Of a stretch of 50,001 nucleotides of DNA, positions 47,522 through 50,001 are shown piece by piece. The translations under genes were made by a program, and so were the position numbers. Numbering within the stretch: position 1 is the stretch's first letter; each line of letters opens with the position of its first letter. The notes under the pieces were generated by a model. That model had not been told where the DNA came from. It made no database searches and was given only the letters and a program-made list of their open reading frames with translations. Source of the DNA: Bacteriovoracaceae bacterium (lineage in GTDB: Bacteria; Bdellovibrionota; Bacteriovoracia; Bacteriovoracales; Bacteriovoracaceae); the NCBI GenBank assembly GCA_018649885.1, contig JABIHA010000079.1:1-50001 (forward strand). The letters run 5' to 3'.

Positions 47522-48463
47522 CTAAGGACAAGAAGGACAGAGTTGGCCTCCATCATCAGATACAACAAACCGATTATTGCAATAACTGCAGTTGTCTATT
47601 TGATTACTTTCAACTTCTAAGTTACAGCTCAAACACACATATTTTTTATAACTCATGTCCTCGGGAATAAGCGCTAATCGCGCTTCGCACTCTGGACAAT
47701 CGAAATTAGGATACTCTCCTCCATACTTCACTATTTCATATTCACTTATACCCAGCACCTGTTCTAAGTGACAGTCTATTATTTCCTCTAAATCAAATCC
47801 ACCTTCCTGGCATAAGTGGCACTTGTACTCTCCATCTTCTGAAATTACAGCAGGGCTAAAGCAAGAAGGGCATGTGCACGGAAGCTTATCATTTTTTAAT
47901 GCATATTCTTTCAGGATGCCCAGCCTCTCCTCGCAGAAATGATCAAAGTTCCTAGCTGTCAATAATATTTCCTGAAAAAGCTCTTCCTCCCGCTCATCGA
48001 ACTCGCTCTTTAAATCCTCATTTTCAATAAACTTAATTGCCAGATTTAACGCATTACTCGAAAGGACCTTTACTAGATCTACTGTCACTTCAAACTGGAA
48101 ATGCTCCATTTTATTTCTAAGGTTGCGCAGCTCATTCAGCTTAACTAGACGGCTTCGAGATAATTTCACGCCACATATGTTTTTAATAATAGATATAGTA
48201 CTATTGTAATTAATTCCCTCAAAATCTCCAGATGCATATTTCACCTTCGTAGCCTGTGAAGGATCCTTAAACAAAAGAGACCAACTCTCTTGTAAAATTT
48301 TTTGTTTAAATAAAAGTATAGTTCCAGAAAAAATATGGAGTACGGCATACTTTAAACTGCTAGGATTTATGCCATTTATTTCTTCTATCCCATGCTCAAG
48401 GTAATCTAGTGCATTAGATAATAGAGTGTGTTCAAATTCTTCAGTTTTTTCCATTTTTCCCAT
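47522..48463 (-). CDS. Putative HEPN-domain RNase with three C-terminal zinc ribbons
   Basis: Helical N-domain with RNKMEH (R-X4-H); six CxxC motifs (CPSC, CHLC, CPEC, CLSC, CSYC, CPSC). Confidence 0.7.
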   Translation of the reverse strand: MGKMEKTEEFEHTLLSNALDYLEHGIEEINGINPSSLKYAVLHIFSGTILLFKQKILQESWSLLFKDPSQATKVKYASGDFEGINYNSTISIIKNICGVKLSRSRLVKLNELRNLRNKMEHFQFEVTVDLVKVLSSNALNLAIKFIENEDLKSEFDEREEELFQEILLTARNFDHFCEERLGILKEYALKNDKLPCTCPSCFSPAVISEDGEYKCHLCQEGGFDLEEIIDCHLEQVLGISEYEIVKYGGEYPNFDCPECEARLALIPEDMSYKKYVCLSCNLEVESNQIDNCSYCNNRFVVSDDGGQLCPSCP

Positions 48464-48477
48464 ATTCAGAAGTTCAA

Positions 48478-49038
48478 CTAAGCTGCTTTGTTTTGAAATA
48501 CTCTTTCAATTTCTTTTTTGGAAGGAATGATCTTTGAAACATCAATCACTCGGTCCGTGGGCATCTCATGCAACTTTGACATATCATCAAGCTTCAGGAG
48601 CTTAGCAAGATGAAACTTCAGTCGAAATTGTTTGTCAGCAGACATGTGGTCGTCATATTTACTATTTTCCATTTTCGAGATTTGTTCTTTCCTCAGTCCT
48701 ATTCGATGCCCCAGCTCTTCTTGCGAAAAATCAAAGTCTAATCTCAAAAATTTAATCTGGTTCTTACTTAGTAGCCCTTTAGAAAGAATTAATCTCTTTG
48801 CTATCTCTCTTTCTAACCAGTTTGAAAAACCTGGAGCTAAGTACTCTGCTTCACACTTCTTGCAAGACACCGTTGGCGCAACACCAAGCTTAACTGGCCC
48901 AAGGTTAGAGCCAGTATATATATAGTCCTTTATAAAAATAAGCTCAAATCGACCATCACAGTTCAAATCTGTGTGGTACGACTTGTTGTAGTCATCTAAA
49001 ATCACATTCACTCTTACATTATTTTTTTTACCAAACAT
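48478..49038 (-). CDS. MqsA/YgiT-like antitoxin (zinc finger + XRE HTH)
   Basis: H...NC ... C.KC.AEY zinc knuckle; L....IKFLR....SQEEL...IG.....ISK.EN HTH. Probable start ATG 49038; the ORF track starts at 49074. Confidence 0.8.
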   Translation of the reverse strand: MFGKKNNVRVNVILDDYNKSYHTDLNCDGRFELIFIKDYIYTGSNLGPVKLGVAPTVSCKKCEAEYLAPGFSNWLEREIAKRLILSKGLLSKNQIKFLRLDFDFSQEELGHRIGLRKEQISKMENSKYDDHMSADKQFRLKFHLAKLLKLDDMSKLHEMPTDRVIDVSKIIPSKKEIERVFQNKAA

Positions 49039-49474
49039 TTCTATCAATCTCCGGTACGTCAATACTTCGATCAACCTTCCAAGCGTATATTGTAATGATA
49101 ATATCTTTTTTACTTGCTTCTTTAATAACTATTCTTGCGTGAACCGCATCTTCAGTAACCAATGGTGAGCCTTTCTCTGTCCAATTTATCCATTCAAAAT
49201 CCAAGAACTTTCCTTCAATGGCAATCTCCATTGGAGGACCCTCACTGGAATTAGCCAGATTTAGGCATCCCATACTAATAATTGCAGCCATATCTTCATG
49301 ATTAAAACTAGACCTCATAGGATCCTTGATAATTCCCTTGTTTATGTGTCTACCCGCAACTTCGAAACCGTTTCTAAACAATTTTTTTGTCATACTTTTA
49401 GCACGGCACTTTTTTAAAAATTTTTCGAGTCTCTTCCTTTGGGCTGTTGCACCACTCATTATTAACCTTATCAT
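49028..49474 (-). CDS. Putative type II toxin (DUF4258/RelE-fold-like)
   Basis: Basic 148-aa protein overlapping the antitoxin start; C-terminal IVI......IIITIY strand pattern. Confidence 0.5.
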   Translation of the reverse strand: MIRLIMSGATAQRKRLEKFLKKCRAKSMTKKLFRNGFEVAGRHINKGIIKDPMRSSFNHEDMAAIISMGCLNLANSSEGPPMEIAIEGKFLDFEWINWTEKGSPLVTEDAVHARIVIKEASKKDIIITIYAWKVDRSIDVPEIDRNVW

Positions 49475-49479
49475 AAATA

Positions 49480-49496
49480 GTTGTCAAATTAACAAC
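49480..49496. promoter_or_regulatory. Imperfect palindrome overlapping a TTGACA box, candidate TA autoregulatory operator
   Basis: GTTGTCAA-A-TTAACAAC (7 of 8 pairs); TTGACA on the minus strand at 49482-49487. Confidence 0.5.
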
Positions 49497-49802
49497 ATTG
49501 GTATTTATTTCACTTCAGCTGATAAGCCCATGAAGTCCTCACCTAGAATTTTAACTGAGGTGGTGATTGTAATTTAACTATATGATTTTGTTCAGTTAAT
49601 TTTCAGAAAGAATACAATCAACTACATGATGTTTCTTACCCAAGTAAATTCAGATAGTTGTACTGGTTTTTTGACTTCAGTTACACACTTTTGGGATCTA
49701 ACGCATTCAACGCATATGGTCCCAAGAGTATGTACGTACTGTCTACTTTATAAGTTTTGTCCAAATATAGCCGACCTGAGCCTAAGCTTGCACATATTTT
49801 TT

Positions 49803-50001
49803 CTATGAATTGAGCTTTGGAATAATTTTTTTGCTACTAAAAACCTTGTCATTCTTCTTGCTACGACTTTTCACCCAGATAAGAACACAATATAAAGCTG
49901 AAAGAGCAATTGTGACTGTCCCTCTACTAGTATTACCCATCCCAAAATCCCAAATTAATGAAATAGGAACGATTGAACTCATAAACAATGCAGAGAGCGA
50001 T
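49803..50001 (-). CDS. Partial small membrane protein running off the window edge
   Basis: The reading frame stays open beyond 49988 to the window end; two hydrophobic segments. Confidence 0.5.
   Translation of the reverse strand, partial: SLSALFMSSIVPISLIWDFGMGNTSRGTVTIALSALYCVLIWVKSRSKKNDKVFSSKKIIPKLNS

Noticed and set aside
49326..49808. Plus-strand ORFs of 83 and 60 aa
   Set aside because: No RBS or motifs; antisense to the putative toxin or in probable intergenic/remnant DNA.
46420..50001. Integron cassette array (short co-oriented genes, GTTAGC/GCTAAC motifs)
   Set aside because: No repeated attC-like RYYYAAC...GTTRRRY sites between genes and no intI.

Overview
AT-rich bacterial chromosomal window. 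Gene content and order suggest a predatory Bdellovibrionota genome (Bacteriovoracaceae/Halobacteriovorax-like); this is an inference. 0.2-12.7 kb is mostly core: lnt, an S8 protease, dksA-like, yceI, mltG, ruvX and a rho-DUF1385-prfA-prmC-murA-HIT operon. 12.9-42 kb is dominated by secreted or lipoprotein hypotheticals, several behind sigma28- or sigma54-like promoters and several carrying a recurrent R-x-P/L-A-S motif. It also holds an orphan fliN, sodB, an LPP20/LpoB/COG3014 lipoprotein operon and the most unusual item, two tandem AAA+ ATPases that each begin with a Sec-type signal peptide. 42-50 kb looks accessory. It contains a TetR-linked phosphoesterase/di-heme cytochrome c/Tat flavin amine oxidoreductase operon, a four-helix-bundle gene flanked by structured DNA in a strongly skewed patch, and a three-gene unit (DUF4258-like toxin, MqsA-like antitoxin, HEPN-motif/triple zinc-ribbon protein). 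I saw no rRNA, tRNA, CRISPR array, integrase or transposase. Family assignments come from motif recognition by eye, not database searches.
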